A stretch of DNA of 39,991 bases, from contig JBHLLU010000037.1 in assembly GCA_048938895.1 (NCBI GenBank), positions 1 through 39,991 of the forward strand, read 5' to 3'. A program made the position numbers and the translations under genes. Numbering within the stretch: position 1 is the first letter of the stretch; every line of letters begins with the position of its first letter. The notes beneath the pieces are model-generated. The model saw nothing but the letters and a program-made list of their open reading frames with translations, was not told the DNA's origin and did not search any database. Of this stretch, positions 8,890 through 18,981 are shown in pieces. This DNA comes from Promethearchaeota archaeon. GTDB lineage: Archaea > Asgardarchaeota > Lokiarchaeia > Sigyniarchaeales > SOKP01.

Positions 8890-10116
8890 TTGTTCAGTGA
8901 TCCAAAAGATATGGCAGAAATTGAGTTCAGAAAAGAAGATCCAGAAAACCCTAATAGCATTGCTTCTTATACACAATATCTTGAAAAAAAAATTAAAAGT
9001 ATTGCGAATGAGATAAGTGTAGTAAAATCCGAAATTTCAAGATTGGAATATGAACAGATGAATATTCAGTCTGAAGTCGATAGATGGAATGAAGTCCCTC
9101 TTCTAATAGGAAATGTTATTGATCTTTTAGATGAAAAGAATGAACGAGCAATTATAAATTGCCCTCCAAACGCAAGCTATGTTGTTAATGTCAGCAATAG
9201 AGTAAGAAATGAAAGAATAATTCCTGGAGTAAATGTAGCGTTAAACCAAAGGAGTTATGCAATAATGGAAATTTTACCAACTGAAATTGATCCATTCGTA
9301 AAAGGAATGGAAATTATTGATGGTCCTATTGATGTGTCTTATTCTGACATTGGAGGATTAGATGATCAAATTCAAGAAGTAAAAGAAGTAATTGAACTAC
9401 CATTAAAAAGACCAGATTTGTTTGAGAAAGTAGGAATTGAACCACCTAAGGGAATTCTTTTCCATGGATTTCCTGGAACTGGTAAAACATTATTGGCTAA
9501 AGCTGCAGCACATGAGACAAATGCTACATTTATAAAGGTAGTAGCAACTGAATTGATCCATAAATTTATTGGAGAAGGTGCGGAATATGTTCGGGAAATC
9601 TTTAGACTAGCTAGAATGAAAGCCCCTGCTATTCTGTTTATCGATGAGTTGGATGCAGTTGGTTCGGTTAGATTAGATGATTCAACTTCAGGTGATCGAG
9701 AAGTTAATAGAACTTTAATGCAACTTCTCAGTGAATTAGATGGATTCGATCAGCGTGGGGATATTAAATTTATTGGAGCTACAAATAGGTTTGATATTCT
9801 TGATCCTGCGTTGTTGAGACCGGGTCGTTTTGATAGAATAATCGAATTTCCCTTGCCTAATGAGGAAGCAAGAGAGTCTATTTTTAAGATACACATGAGG
9901 AAACTGAAATTGGAACAGAATATTAACCTTAAACACTTAATTACACTTACTGAAGGAGCAACAGGTTCAGATATTAAAGGAATATGCACTGAGGCAGGTA
10001 TGTTTGCCATTAGAAGAAATAATGAAATCATTACAAACAGTGATTTTTTAGGTGCTGTGGCTAAAATCATGAAAAAGAAAGAGGATGATTCTTGTCATTT
10101 AGATCTTTTCATTTAA
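8890..10116 (+). CDS. pan: Proteasome-activating nucleotidase (AAA+ ATPase)
   Basis: N-terminal coiled coil and OB domain, Walker A GFPGTGKT, pore loop KFIGEGA, Walker B LFIDELD, DPALLRPGRFDR and C-terminal LFI. The start may be ATG 8911. Confidence 0.93.
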   Translation: MFSDPKDMAEIEFRKEDPENPNSIASYTQYLEKKIKSIANEISVVKSEISRLEYEQMNIQSEVDRWNEVPLLIGNVIDLLDEKNERAIINCPPNASYVVNVSNRVRNERIIPGVNVALNQRSYAIMEILPTEIDPFVKGMEIIDGPIDVSYSDIGGLDDQIQEVKEVIELPLKRPDLFEKVGIEPPKGILFHGFPGTGKTLLAKAAAHETNATFIKVVATELIHKFIGEGAEYVREIFRLARMKAPAILFIDELDAVGSVRLDDSTSGDREVNRTLMQLLSELDGFDQRGDIKFIGATNRFDILDPALLRPGRFDRIIEFPLPNEEARESIFKIHMRKLKLEQNINLKHLITLTEGATGSDIKGICTEAGMFAIRRNNEIITNSDFLGAVAKIMKKKEDDSCHLDLFI

Positions 10117-10127
10117 ATGAGGTTATC

Positions 10128-11060
10128 CTAATTACTTGTTAAATCAAGAATATTTCTATCTTTGATTTCTTTTATCCTTGTTCTTAAGGTTACCTCTGTA
10201 ATTTTTGCTGCCTTAGCTATTGCTGTTTGAGTTTGTTTTTCTTTTGTATTTTTTGCAGCAAGATACAGCATCGAAGCCGCGATTCCCTTTGGATCTTTTC
10301 CAATTGATGTGAGACCTATTTTTGTTGAATTTAAAAGCAATCTCAATGCCTTCTGTTGAATTACCATTGAAAATCCTAATTCATTTCCAAATTTATAAAC
10401 TAATTGTCGTGTTGTTATAGGTTTGTAAGTAATCTTCAATTCGGGTAATACTTCTCTAAGGAGGAGGCTTAATGTTCGAATAATTACTTTTCGATTGATC
10501 ATAGCAGAATCACTTATTTCCTCTAAAACTCTAGGAAAGTCATGTACCCTTATTGCAATATATAATGAAGCAGCTATAAATCCATCCATAGAGCGCCCCA
10601 TCGTTAATTTCTTTTTAGCCGCACGTGAGTATATAATCCAAGCCATCTCATTTATATATTCTGGAAGGTTCAACTTAGAAACAAGCTGTTTTAGTTTTGG
10701 TCTTGCCTCCCAAAAATTTCTTTCAATACCTGTTATTAAAGAATTTTGTATCTTAGATAAACGAAGGAATAGGGATTTCTTTTCAGCATTTAAAGAATTC
10801 CCTCTATAATCAATCTTGTTTGAAGCAAGAACTGTTCTTGACCCAAAATCTCTCCATTTCGGTTCTGTTTGCCTTTTCTTTTCTAGTTCTTCCCTATTAT
10901 AGGCTCTTCTTTCATTTTCAACCAAATGCATGTCAAAAACTAACCCACAATTTAAGCAAACACTATTTCCTCCTCTAATATCAATACATGGATCGTCACA
11001 ACATTTTGTTTCTGTTTGTTCTTTATAATTAAAATGATCTTTTTGACTTGTTATCTCCAT
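10128..11060 (-). CDS. tfb: Transcription initiation factor IIB paralog
   Basis: Zn ribbon (C..CLNCG), cyclin repeats, GRS, GKDPKGIAA and ITEVTLRTR. ATG 11060 follows AGGTGA. Confidence 0.92.
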   Translation of the reverse strand: MEITSQKDHFNYKEQTETKCCDDPCIDIRGGNSVCLNCGLVFDMHLVENERRAYNREELEKKRQTEPKWRDFGSRTVLASNKIDYRGNSLNAEKKSLFLRLSKIQNSLITGIERNFWEARPKLKQLVSKLNLPEYINEMAWIIYSRAAKKKLTMGRSMDGFIAASLYIAIRVHDFPRVLEEISDSAMINRKVIIRTLSLLLREVLPELKITYKPITTRQLVYKFGNELGFSMVIQQKALRLLLNSTKIGLTSIGKDPKGIAASMLYLAAKNTKEKQTQTAIAKAAKITEVTLRTRIKEIKDRNILDLTSN

Positions 11061-11276
11061 TTTCACCTTTAAGTACTAATTTAAATTATGAAATTTGATG
11101 TCTTATGAGTCTTCTAAATAGAATTTCTGTTTAATAAAGTTATCTAATGGTGGAAAATAATAGGAAAATTGGATTTAAATTCACATAATCAAGATTATAA
11201 CAAATCCAACGCATCTAAAACTTTTATCACAGTATTCCAATTCGAGAACTCCACAAACATTAATGTTATCTTAAAT

Positions 11277-11936
11277 TCATTCAAATAGTTTTACCAATTT
11301 CGCTATATCAATAGGTCCATTGATGTTAATTAAGCTAACAAGATTTTGATCTAAAGGTTGAATTTCATTTTCCACAGATATGTAACGGGTTTTCCAACTT
11401 TTATCGATGAAATTATATAATCCATAGTTCTCAGTAGTCAAAATTTCCTTTGCTTTTTTATATCCTTTCTCAACAGGATAAATTGCAAAAAATGGTTCTA
11501 AAAAGCCATTATTCCACTTAGGGATGCAGCATTCAAATCTATTAGATTCGTTTATAATATATTTTATGACATTAGGCTTGATTAATGGTATATCACAGGA
11601 AAATAGAAATACTTTTTCAAAATCTAATCGAAATAACTCTTTCAAACCTGAATATATTCCAAGCATTGGTTTATAGATTTTTTGATGACGAAAAATTTCA
11701 CGATCATCTATTATAAAATTAATCTCTTTCGGAAAGTTAATCTCTTGACGATAATTATAAACCTGTTCTTCAGAATGAGCTACCAAAAATAGATCTTGAT
11801 CAATATTAGAAAGTGTTTCTATCTGATGGAGGATTAGCGGTTTCCCAAAAACATCTATTGCTGCTTTTTCAGTGCCAAATCGGGTGCTTTTCCCACCAAT
11901 TAATATTAAAAATGCTAAAGTTTTACGACTTTCCAC
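11277..11936 (-). CDS. mobA: Molybdenum cofactor guanylyltransferase
   Basis: LIGGKSTRFGTEKA, PMLGIYSGL, CDIP, EPFFAIY and NIN motifs. GTG start with a GGAG SD. Confidence 0.9.
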   Translation of the reverse strand: MESRKTLAFLILIGGKSTRFGTEKAAIDVFGKPLILHQIETLSNIDQDLFLVAHSEEQVYNYRQEINFPKEINFIIDDREIFRHQKIYKPMLGIYSGLKELFRLDFEKVFLFSCDIPLIKPNVIKYIINESNRFECCIPKWNNGFLEPFFAIYPVEKGYKKAKEILTTENYGLYNFIDKSWKTRYISVENEIQPLDQNLVSLININGPIDIAKLVKLFE

Positions 11937-12444
11937 TTTGAATTGACTCCAATAATTAATATAATTACAATTAAAATAAGCTTTTTTTTTTGTTTTTAAA
12001 TCATTCCGATAGATTATTTACAGCTTTATTTTGAATGTGTGGCTTTGAAAATAGTCTATATTATTTTTATGATGAAATCCAGATTGATTCAAAAAAATTA
12101 CCTTAGTTTATGTTTCTCTCTTAATTCCTTGACTAATCAATTAAGTACAATAATAAAATCTAAGATTAAAGGAATAATAGTAAAACGTTTAATGAGCGAA
12201 CTTGTAATTAATATAAGGAAATAGATATATTTATAAGTAAAGTTTATTTTATTTGATTTCAAATATTAATGTTAATTCAAATAAAGGAGAATTAAATCTA
12301 TACGATTTAACTGTAAATAAACTTGATGTTAACGGATATTTTTATATCAACTTATTTTTCTTATCATAAAACTTTGCTAATTTATGTAGGATTTATGATT
12401 GGTCTTTATAAATTAAAATTATAAAATTTCAAGTAGAAATAAAT

Positions 12445-14385
12445 ATGCAAATTGAAAAGAGAGAAAAAAGTAATAATATAGAAAAAAAGGGAACCTCATA
12501 TTGTCTTGGTCCTTTGACTAATTTAGAGGAATATGTTAGAAGAGACTGGTGGAAAAACATATTTAATGCTTATTATTTAAAGACAGACGGTGATGTTGTT
12601 GAAGATAGAAGAATTACTTCTTATGAGGTTGACTTCTTTTCTAATATTTTGAGTCTCAAACCTGAAAGTCGAATTTTAGACTTATGTTGTGGTCAGGGAC
12701 GACATTCCATTGAACTAGCAAGAAGAGGTTTTGACAGCGTTTATGGTCTTGATCGCTCAAGATATTTGATACAAAAAGCCCGATTTACTGCAAAAAAAAA
12801 TGGTTTAATATGCAAATTTCGCGAGGGAGATGCACGTAGATTACCTTATGAACCTGATAATTTTGATTATATTTTAATTTTAGGAAATAGTTTTGGTTAT
12901 TTTGAAGCAATCAATGATGATTTCAAAGTATTAAAAGAAGCGTTTCGAGTTCTTAAACCTTGGGGAAAAATATTAATCGATATTGCAGATGGTGAATATT
13001 TAAGAAATAATTTTCAAGAACGTTCGTGGGAATGGATAGATAAGGAATATTTTGTATGTCGTGAAAGATCTTTATCATTAGATAAACAAAGATTAATTTC
13101 ACGTGAAGTGATTACTCATGTGAATAAAGGTGTTCTCGTTGATCAGTTTTATGCTGAAAGATTATATTCAGAAACTCAAATTTCTGACTTGTTAGAAAAG
13201 GCAGGATTCAGTGATATAAAATTCCATGGAATTATGAAACCTGATTCTCAAAGAGATCAGGATTTAGGAATGATGGAAAGAAGACACATAATTTCAGCAG
13301 TTGTTAAAAAAGAATGGAGTAATCCTAAGAAAAAAGTAGCTTTGAAAGATAAAAATGTGGTAGTACTATTAGGAGATCCAAATAAACCTGATTTATTAAA
13401 ACCTTTAACTATTTTTGATGATGACGATTTTTATACAATAGATCAACTCAAAGCAGCTCTAAACGAGATCGACGGATATCATTTTATCTTTCTTAATGAT
13501 CATGATACTTTAATCCAAGAACTTTTACAGAGAAAAGCAAAAATTCATTTCATTTTTAATTTGTGTGATGAGGGTTTCTATAATGATCCTCGAAAAGAAT
13601 TACACGTTCCTGCTTTACTAGAAATGATTAGAATTCCTTACTCTGGTTCGGGTCCCCAATGTCTTGCCTTCTGTTATGATAAATCGTTAATAAGAGGTGT
13701 TGCTAAAGAATTAGATATTCCTGTTGCAGAAGCAATATATATTAAACCTGAAGATAAAATAATTGATTTACCTCTATATTTTCCTGCTCTTGTAAAACCT
13801 AACTTCGGAGATTCAAGTTTTGGAATTACTCAGAAATGCGTAGTTAATAATGGAGAAGAGCTATTAAATGCAATAGAAGAAATTCGACAAAAATTTGGGT
13901 ATGACAAACCAATTCTAATTGAACAATATTTAACTGGAAAAGATTTAACTCTAGGTATCATTGGAAATCCACCAAATAACTATATTATTTTACCGATAAT
14001 AGAAGAGGATTATTCAAAATTACCCCCTGAACTTCCCAAAATTTGCGGATATGAAGCTAAATGGCTTCCTGATTCTCCTTATTGGAATATTCAATCTATA
14101 CCTGCTAACCTTCCAGAAGAAATAGTTCAAATTATCGAATCATGTTCCTTAAAATTGTTTGAAAGATTAGAATGTAAAGATTATGTAAGATTTGACTGGA
14201 GACTTGATTCGACTGGTAATCCAAAATTGTTAGAAGTTAATCCAAATCCCGGTTGGTGCTGGGATGGGCATTTAGCTAAAATGTCAAAACTTGCAGGCTA
14301 CTCATACAAAGAGATGCTAAGAAAAATTATTCATACAGTTGAAAATCGATTGAAATCAGAAAAAGAAGAAATTAATAATAAATAA
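12445..14385 (+). CDS. Class I SAM methyltransferase fused to a D-Ala-D-Ala-ligase-like ATP-grasp domain
   Basis: N-terminal LDLCCGQGRH, GDARRLP and NSFGYF. C-terminal VKPNFGDSSFGI, EQYLTG, RFDWR and LEVNPNPG. Confidence 0.88.
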   Translation: MQIEKREKSNNIEKKGTSYCLGPLTNLEEYVRRDWWKNIFNAYYLKTDGDVVEDRRITSYEVDFFSNILSLKPESRILDLCCGQGRHSIELARRGFDSVYGLDRSRYLIQKARFTAKKNGLICKFREGDARRLPYEPDNFDYILILGNSFGYFEAINDDFKVLKEAFRVLKPWGKILIDIADGEYLRNNFQERSWEWIDKEYFVCRERSLSLDKQRLISREVITHVNKGVLVDQFYAERLYSETQISDLLEKAGFSDIKFHGIMKPDSQRDQDLGMMERRHIISAVVKKEWSNPKKKVALKDKNVVVLLGDPNKPDLLKPLTIFDDDDFYTIDQLKAALNEIDGYHFIFLNDHDTLIQELLQRKAKIHFIFNLCDEGFYNDPRKELHVPALLEMIRIPYSGSGPQCLAFCYDKSLIRGVAKELDIPVAEAIYIKPEDKIIDLPLYFPALVKPNFGDSSFGITQKCVVNNGEELLNAIEEIRQKFGYDKPILIEQYLTGKDLTLGIIGNPPNNYIILPIIEEDYSKLPPELPKICGYEAKWLPDSPYWNIQSIPANLPEEIVQIIESCSLKLFERLECKDYVRFDWRLDSTGNPKLLEVNPNPGWCWDGHLAKMSKLAGYSYKEMLRKIIHTVENRLKSEKEEINNK

Positions 14386-14418
14386 ATACTAATTTATACC
14401 ATTTTTTTATTTATTCAA

Positions 14419-15522
14419 TCATTTGAAAAAATCTAAAATTAGAAAAACAAATTCCATTATAAATATAAAACTTAATAAAATTTCAACATAAAGAAGTATC
14501 TTTTCATTTATGTTCGTATGAGATATATTATATATATCCCCTAAAGTGTCTATACGGTGACGTATACTATCACTCCAATGTTTCAATTCAAATAAATTGG
14601 CTAAATACGTATAAATCTGAGATAAATAATAATCACCAATTAATTTTGAAATATTTTCAATATTTTCCAATAAAAATGTAAGATCATGACGTAATCTAAG
14701 TAACCTCCCCACTCTTTTATTTAATCTCTTAAAAATGGCACGACTTTTAAAATAAATCGTGTGAATATCAGATTCAACTAAGCTTATTCTTTTATCTACT
14801 AAATAATCTAAAGAACGTAGTTCAAGTAGTTGATAGTTTGCAATTTCAGTAATAAGTAAAATATCTTCATAATCACAATTTGGATCAATAATCAAACATC
14901 TTTCAAAATCAAAAACAACCAAATCATTCTTTAAAAATGAAAAAGTGTGATTTAAGGTATTGTTTATTTGATTATCATGCAAATTCAATAAAGGATTTTC
15001 ACCCATTAATAAACTTGCAAAATACTTTTTATTATTATCAATAAGATCCCTTGGATTCTCTATTTCATCAGTTAAACAAAATATAGTATACTCCTCATGA
15101 TGATTTAAATCATAATTTTCCTCATTAATATAAGGTCTAATTTGATTAAAAATTTTATTGGAATGAAATTCCAGAAGGTTTTTGATATTGAATTCCCCAT
15201 CTGAAGTAAAAAAGGTGACCTTTTTAAAATTATGTAGTTCTTCCAAAGGTGTATCAGTAAATCTCATTCTAGCTAAAAGAGAAATAATACCATCTTCATA
15301 GATCTTAGCTAGAATCCTCAATTCTTTAACATAATCTGATTTATAAGATATGTCTCCTTTAACTTCTATAATCATCGGTTTTGGGAATATTACATACGAT
15401 GGAGTATCCTTTGTCTTGATAATTTGTTCAATTGGCAATCTGGGAAAGAGTAATGCTGGTTCACTGAGATCTATGGATCTACCAGCATCAAGTAATCTCA
15501 GAAAAATTATTTCCCCATTCAA
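14419..15522 (-). CDS. Hypothetical protein, RMD1/DUF155-like, with C-terminal TM helix
   Basis: Pattern EIANYQLLELRSLD ... IGDYYLSQIY ... FELKHW, followed by a single C-terminal TM helix (VEILLSFIFIMEF). Confidence 0.6.
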   Translation of the reverse strand: MNGEIIFLRLLDAGRSIDLSEPALLFPRLPIEQIIKTKDTPSYVIFPKPMIIEVKGDISYKSDYVKELRILAKIYEDGIISLLARMRFTDTPLEELHNFKKVTFFTSDGEFNIKNLLEFHSNKIFNQIRPYINEENYDLNHHEEYTIFCLTDEIENPRDLIDNNKKYFASLLMGENPLLNLHDNQINNTLNHTFSFLKNDLVVFDFERCLIIDPNCDYEDILLITEIANYQLLELRSLDYLVDKRISLVESDIHTIYFKSRAIFKRLNKRVGRLLRLRHDLTFLLENIENISKLIGDYYLSQIYTYLANLFELKHWSDSIRHRIDTLGDIYNISHTNINEKILLYVEILLSFIFIMEFVFLILDFFK

Positions 15523-15640
15523 ATGTATAATACCCTACTCTAAATTTTGTTATATTTCTTTAAATATAAAGATAAAATAACTTTAAATTTTTGTTTAATT
15601 TCTATACTAATTATTATAAATTCCTGTAAGCTTCATTATA

Positions 15641-16942
15641 ATGGATTTAGTACTTCTAATTACAATCTTTATAATATTTGCTATAATTTTAATAAGTTAT
15701 ACTAAAGAAGATTTAGATTTTGTAGCTATCTCATTAATAGGATGTTTCTTAGCAGGGACAATAACTGGTTTGATAAAGGGCGTTGATCTTACACTTTTTA
15801 TATCAAAATATATCGAATGGGAAGCAATTATCGTAATATTATGTATGAACATTATTACTAAAATAGCACAAGATTCAAATATTTTAGAATTTTTAGCGGT
15901 AAAACTATTTAAGATATCAAAAGGTAATGAAAAAACCTTTTTCTATTTGATTTGTGTAATTACTGTTTTCTTAGCTTCTATTATCAGTGATGCAGTTGTT
16001 GTTTTAATTTTAGCTCCAGTTGTAATTAGATTATGCCGTTTTTTACGAATTAAAGCCGGTACATATTTACTTGGAATGACAATCTGTATTAACATAGGAT
16101 CAATAATTACTCCTTTCTCGAGTGGAGAAAATATTATCATTTCTACTGAGTATGGATTGGGCACATTATATTTTATACAATATTACTGGATTTATTCTTT
16201 TTTTTTATTATTTATAACAGCATACCTTATAGATAAATTTCTTTTAAGTAGAGAACCAGTTATTGAAGAATTTAACAAGAAAATGGTGTTAGATGTAATA
16301 AATGCAGATGTTATGATTTCAAATAAAAAAATGTTTTATTTTAATAGCATTGCAATACTCATCACTATCGCTTTGTTTGCTATTTTACCCTTACTTTACT
16401 TAACCGCTGCATTTTCAGCATTTCTGTTAGTTATGATAAATAAGAAGTTTACAAATAAAAAAACCAGTGAATTTTTTAAGGATGTTGAATGGGAAATCAT
16501 ATTCTTCTTTATTTCCCTATATGTGGTCATTGGTTGTCTTTTAGAAGCCGGATTTGAGGATCTCTTTAAAGATATTCCCTTTCAACTGTTAAGTCCATTT
16601 CTAGTAAGTCTTATAATTTTGATTATTGTTAGCTTAGTTTCAGGTTTTGTTGCAAATACCCCAACTGCTCTGATCTTTATCCCAATAGTGGGATTATTAA
16701 TAGAGGGTTTTAATTTTCCCTCGGTTCCTTTATATTTTGCTTTCATTATAGGGATCAATATTGGAGGGAATATAATACCTCAAGGAGCGGCTTGTGACAT
16801 GTTGACTCTCAAAATAGCTCAGAAAAATGGAGTTGAAAATCTAAATTATAAAAGATTATTAAAAGTTGGAGCTTCTTTTGCATTTATTCATATTATATGT
16901 TCAATTGGATACTTGTTCATCTTGTCTCTATTCTATGGATAA
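15641..16942 (+). CDS. ArsB/NhaD/SLC13-type (IT superfamily) permease
   Basis: Polytopic hydrophobic protein with NIGSIITP, VEWEIIFFFISL, SGFVANTP and NIGGNIIPQG. Confidence 0.85.
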   Translation: MDLVLLITIFIIFAIILISYTKEDLDFVAISLIGCFLAGTITGLIKGVDLTLFISKYIEWEAIIVILCMNIITKIAQDSNILEFLAVKLFKISKGNEKTFFYLICVITVFLASIISDAVVVLILAPVVIRLCRFLRIKAGTYLLGMTICINIGSIITPFSSGENIIISTEYGLGTLYFIQYYWIYSFFLLFITAYLIDKFLLSREPVIEEFNKKMVLDVINADVMISNKKMFYFNSIAILITIALFAILPLLYLTAAFSAFLLVMINKKFTNKKTSEFFKDVEWEIIFFFISLYVVIGCLLEAGFEDLFKDIPFQLLSPFLVSLIILIIVSLVSGFVANTPTALIFIPIVGLLIEGFNFPSVPLYFAFIIGINIGGNIIPQGAACDMLTLKIAQKNGVENLNYKRLLKVGASFAFIHIICSIGYLFILSLFYG

Positions 16943-16965
16943 AAGAGTGTAGATATTATGATAAC

Positions 16966-18198
16966 TTAATGGTGGTGCCTATCAGTACTTTCCTCGAACA
17001 TATATTTTACTCCCTTTTTTAAGGGCGACATTTTTCTCAATCGATCAATTACACCAGGCAATTTTTCCAAAAAATATTCTACATCCTTTGAAGTGGTAAA
17101 TCTACCTAATGAAATCCTTAGAGACCCGTGCGCTTCTTCAGGTTTTAGACCAATTGCGGTCAATACGTGCGAAGGTTCAAGCGAAGTTGAAGAACAAGCA
17201 GAACCTGTAGAGGCTGCAATACCATCCATATCTAAATCTAATACTATTGATTCGCCTTCAATAAACCTAAATCCCAAATTTACATTATTAGGAAGTCTCT
17301 GACTTGGATGACCATTGAGATAAGAATCTTCTATATTTTCTAGTACCCATTTTATGATTTTATCTCTTAATTTTATTTGTCTAGAAGCTTCTTCTTCCAT
17401 TTCCTCTTTTGCAAGTTCTACAGCTTTTGCAAAACCGGCAATTCCGGGGACATTCACAGTGCTGGGTCTCATTTCTCTTTCATGACCCCCACCATACATA
17501 ATAGGTTCAATAAATTTTCCCCAACCTTTTCTTACTCCTTTATTGCGTATGTATAACAACCCTACACCTTTTGGGCCATAAAGTTTATGAGCAGATGCAG
17601 ATAATAAGTCAATATTCATATCATCTACATCAATTGGTACTTTACCAAAGGCCTGAACTGCATCCGTATGAAAAATAACATCATGTTTGTTAGCTATCCT
17701 CCCAATTTCCTTTATTGGTTCAATTGTACCGATTTCATTATTTGCAAACATTATGCTAATTAGGATAGTTTTATCATTGATAGAATTTTCTAATTCCTTA
17801 AGATCAATTAAGCCATATTGGTCAACTGGTAAAAATGATACTTCAAATCCTTTTTTTTCTAATTGCTTATATGGATTTTCTACAGCATGATGTTCAATTG
17901 AACTAGTAATAATATGCTTACCTTTTTCTTTGTTTTTTGACGCAACACCAAATATGGCAATATTATCTGCTTCTGTTCCTGAAGAGGTGAAAAAAATGTC
18001 ATCTCGATGAGCATTGATCAGAGAGGCAACAATTTCGCGGGATTTTAATAAAATTTTTGCTGCTTTTTGTCCAATTGAATGTAGACTTGAAGAATTCCCA
18101 TAAGTCTCTTTAAAATGTTTATTAACTTCTTCAATTACCCTAGGATCCATTGGAGTAGTAGCAGCATTATCAAGGTAAATATATTTAGAATCATTCAT
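16966..18198 (-). CDS. iscS: Cysteine desulfurase (IscS/NifS)
   Basis: YLDNAATT, TSSGTEADN, HTDAVQ, SAHKLYGPKG (PLP Lys) and STGSACSS (catalytic Cys). Confidence 0.96.
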   Translation of the reverse strand: MNDSKYIYLDNAATTPMDPRVIEEVNKHFKETYGNSSSLHSIGQKAAKILLKSREIVASLINAHRDDIFFTSSGTEADNIAIFGVASKNKEKGKHIITSSIEHHAVENPYKQLEKKGFEVSFLPVDQYGLIDLKELENSINDKTILISIMFANNEIGTIEPIKEIGRIANKHDVIFHTDAVQAFGKVPIDVDDMNIDLLSASAHKLYGPKGVGLLYIRNKGVRKGWGKFIEPIMYGGGHEREMRPSTVNVPGIAGFAKAVELAKEEMEEEASRQIKLRDKIIKWVLENIEDSYLNGHPSQRLPNNVNLGFRFIEGESIVLDLDMDGIAASTGSACSSTSLEPSHVLTAIGLKPEEAHGSLRISLGRFTTSKDVEYFLEKLPGVIDRLRKMSPLKKGVKYMFEESTDRHHH

Positions 18199-18291
18199 CT
18201 TAAATCTGAGAATATTAATTTTAGAATAATCTCATTAAATATTTATTATACTTAAATTATTAATTCTTCTTATTATAGGATAAAAAAATAG

Positions 18292-18858
18292 ATGAGTCAT
18301 ATGTTTAAATTGATGTGGGGGATAACTGGAACTGGTTATCTTTTAGATGAATGCATTGATTTAATGAAAGAACTACAAACTGAGCATGATGCTGATTTAA
18401 CTGTAATTCTGACAAAGGAGGGTGCTGCTGTTGTAAAGTGGTATAAAAAGTGGTTAGCTTTAACTGAGGCTGTAAAAAGAGTAAAGATAGAGAAAACACC
18501 TAATATTCCTTTTTATGCTGGACCTTTACAACTAGGGAAATATGATATGTTTTTAGTTTGCCCAACTTCTGCAAATTCAATTGCAAAAATAGTTAATGGT
18601 ATTGCAGATACATTAGTAACTAATTGTGTGGCTCAAGCAATTAAAGGAGGTGTAAACGTACATATTTTTCCTTCTGATCAAGATTTAGAACCAATAGTTA
18701 CAACAAGACCAGATGGGTCTCCTCTAGTTTTAAAAATTAGAGATATTGAAATTCAAAATATAGAAAATTTAAAAAAAATGGAAGGAATTATCGTAATCCA
18801 AGAATTTTCAGATATTAAGGATTTAATTATAAATAAAATTAAAGAAAAACACGATTGA
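18292..18858 (+). CDS. afpA: Archaeoflavoprotein AfpA-like flavoprotein
   Basis: WGITGTG, SANSIAKIVNGIADTLVTN and PSD motifs. It lacks the ferredoxin insert of DmrX. Confidence 0.75.
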   Translation: MSHMFKLMWGITGTGYLLDECIDLMKELQTEHDADLTVILTKEGAAVVKWYKKWLALTEAVKRVKIEKTPNIPFYAGPLQLGKYDMFLVCPTSANSIAKIVNGIADTLVTNCVAQAIKGGVNVHIFPSDQDLEPIVTTRPDGSPLVLKIRDIEIQNIENLKKMEGIIVIQEFSDIKDLIINKIKEKHD

Positions 18859-18981
18859 CTTGATTTTCTCAATTTTCAAGTAATTCAGATATTAAACATT
18901 CTATAATACATAATTTTATAGATATGAATTATTATTTGTCTCATAGAATTACTTAAGCCTGTTAAAATAAAGAAAATCTAT

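Noticed and set aside
10105-10116. PAN C-terminus LFI instead of HbYX
   Set aside because: Phe at the penultimate position occurs in other archaeal PANs, so it is not unusual enough to report.
12039-12224. 61-aa ORF between mobA and the methyltransferase fusion
   Set aside because: GTG start without an SD, AT-driven composition and no recognisable motif; likely a divergent promoter region.
12248-12285. Inverted repeat TTTATTTGA...TCAAATAAA
   Set aside because: It is almost all A/T and expected by chance at this base composition.
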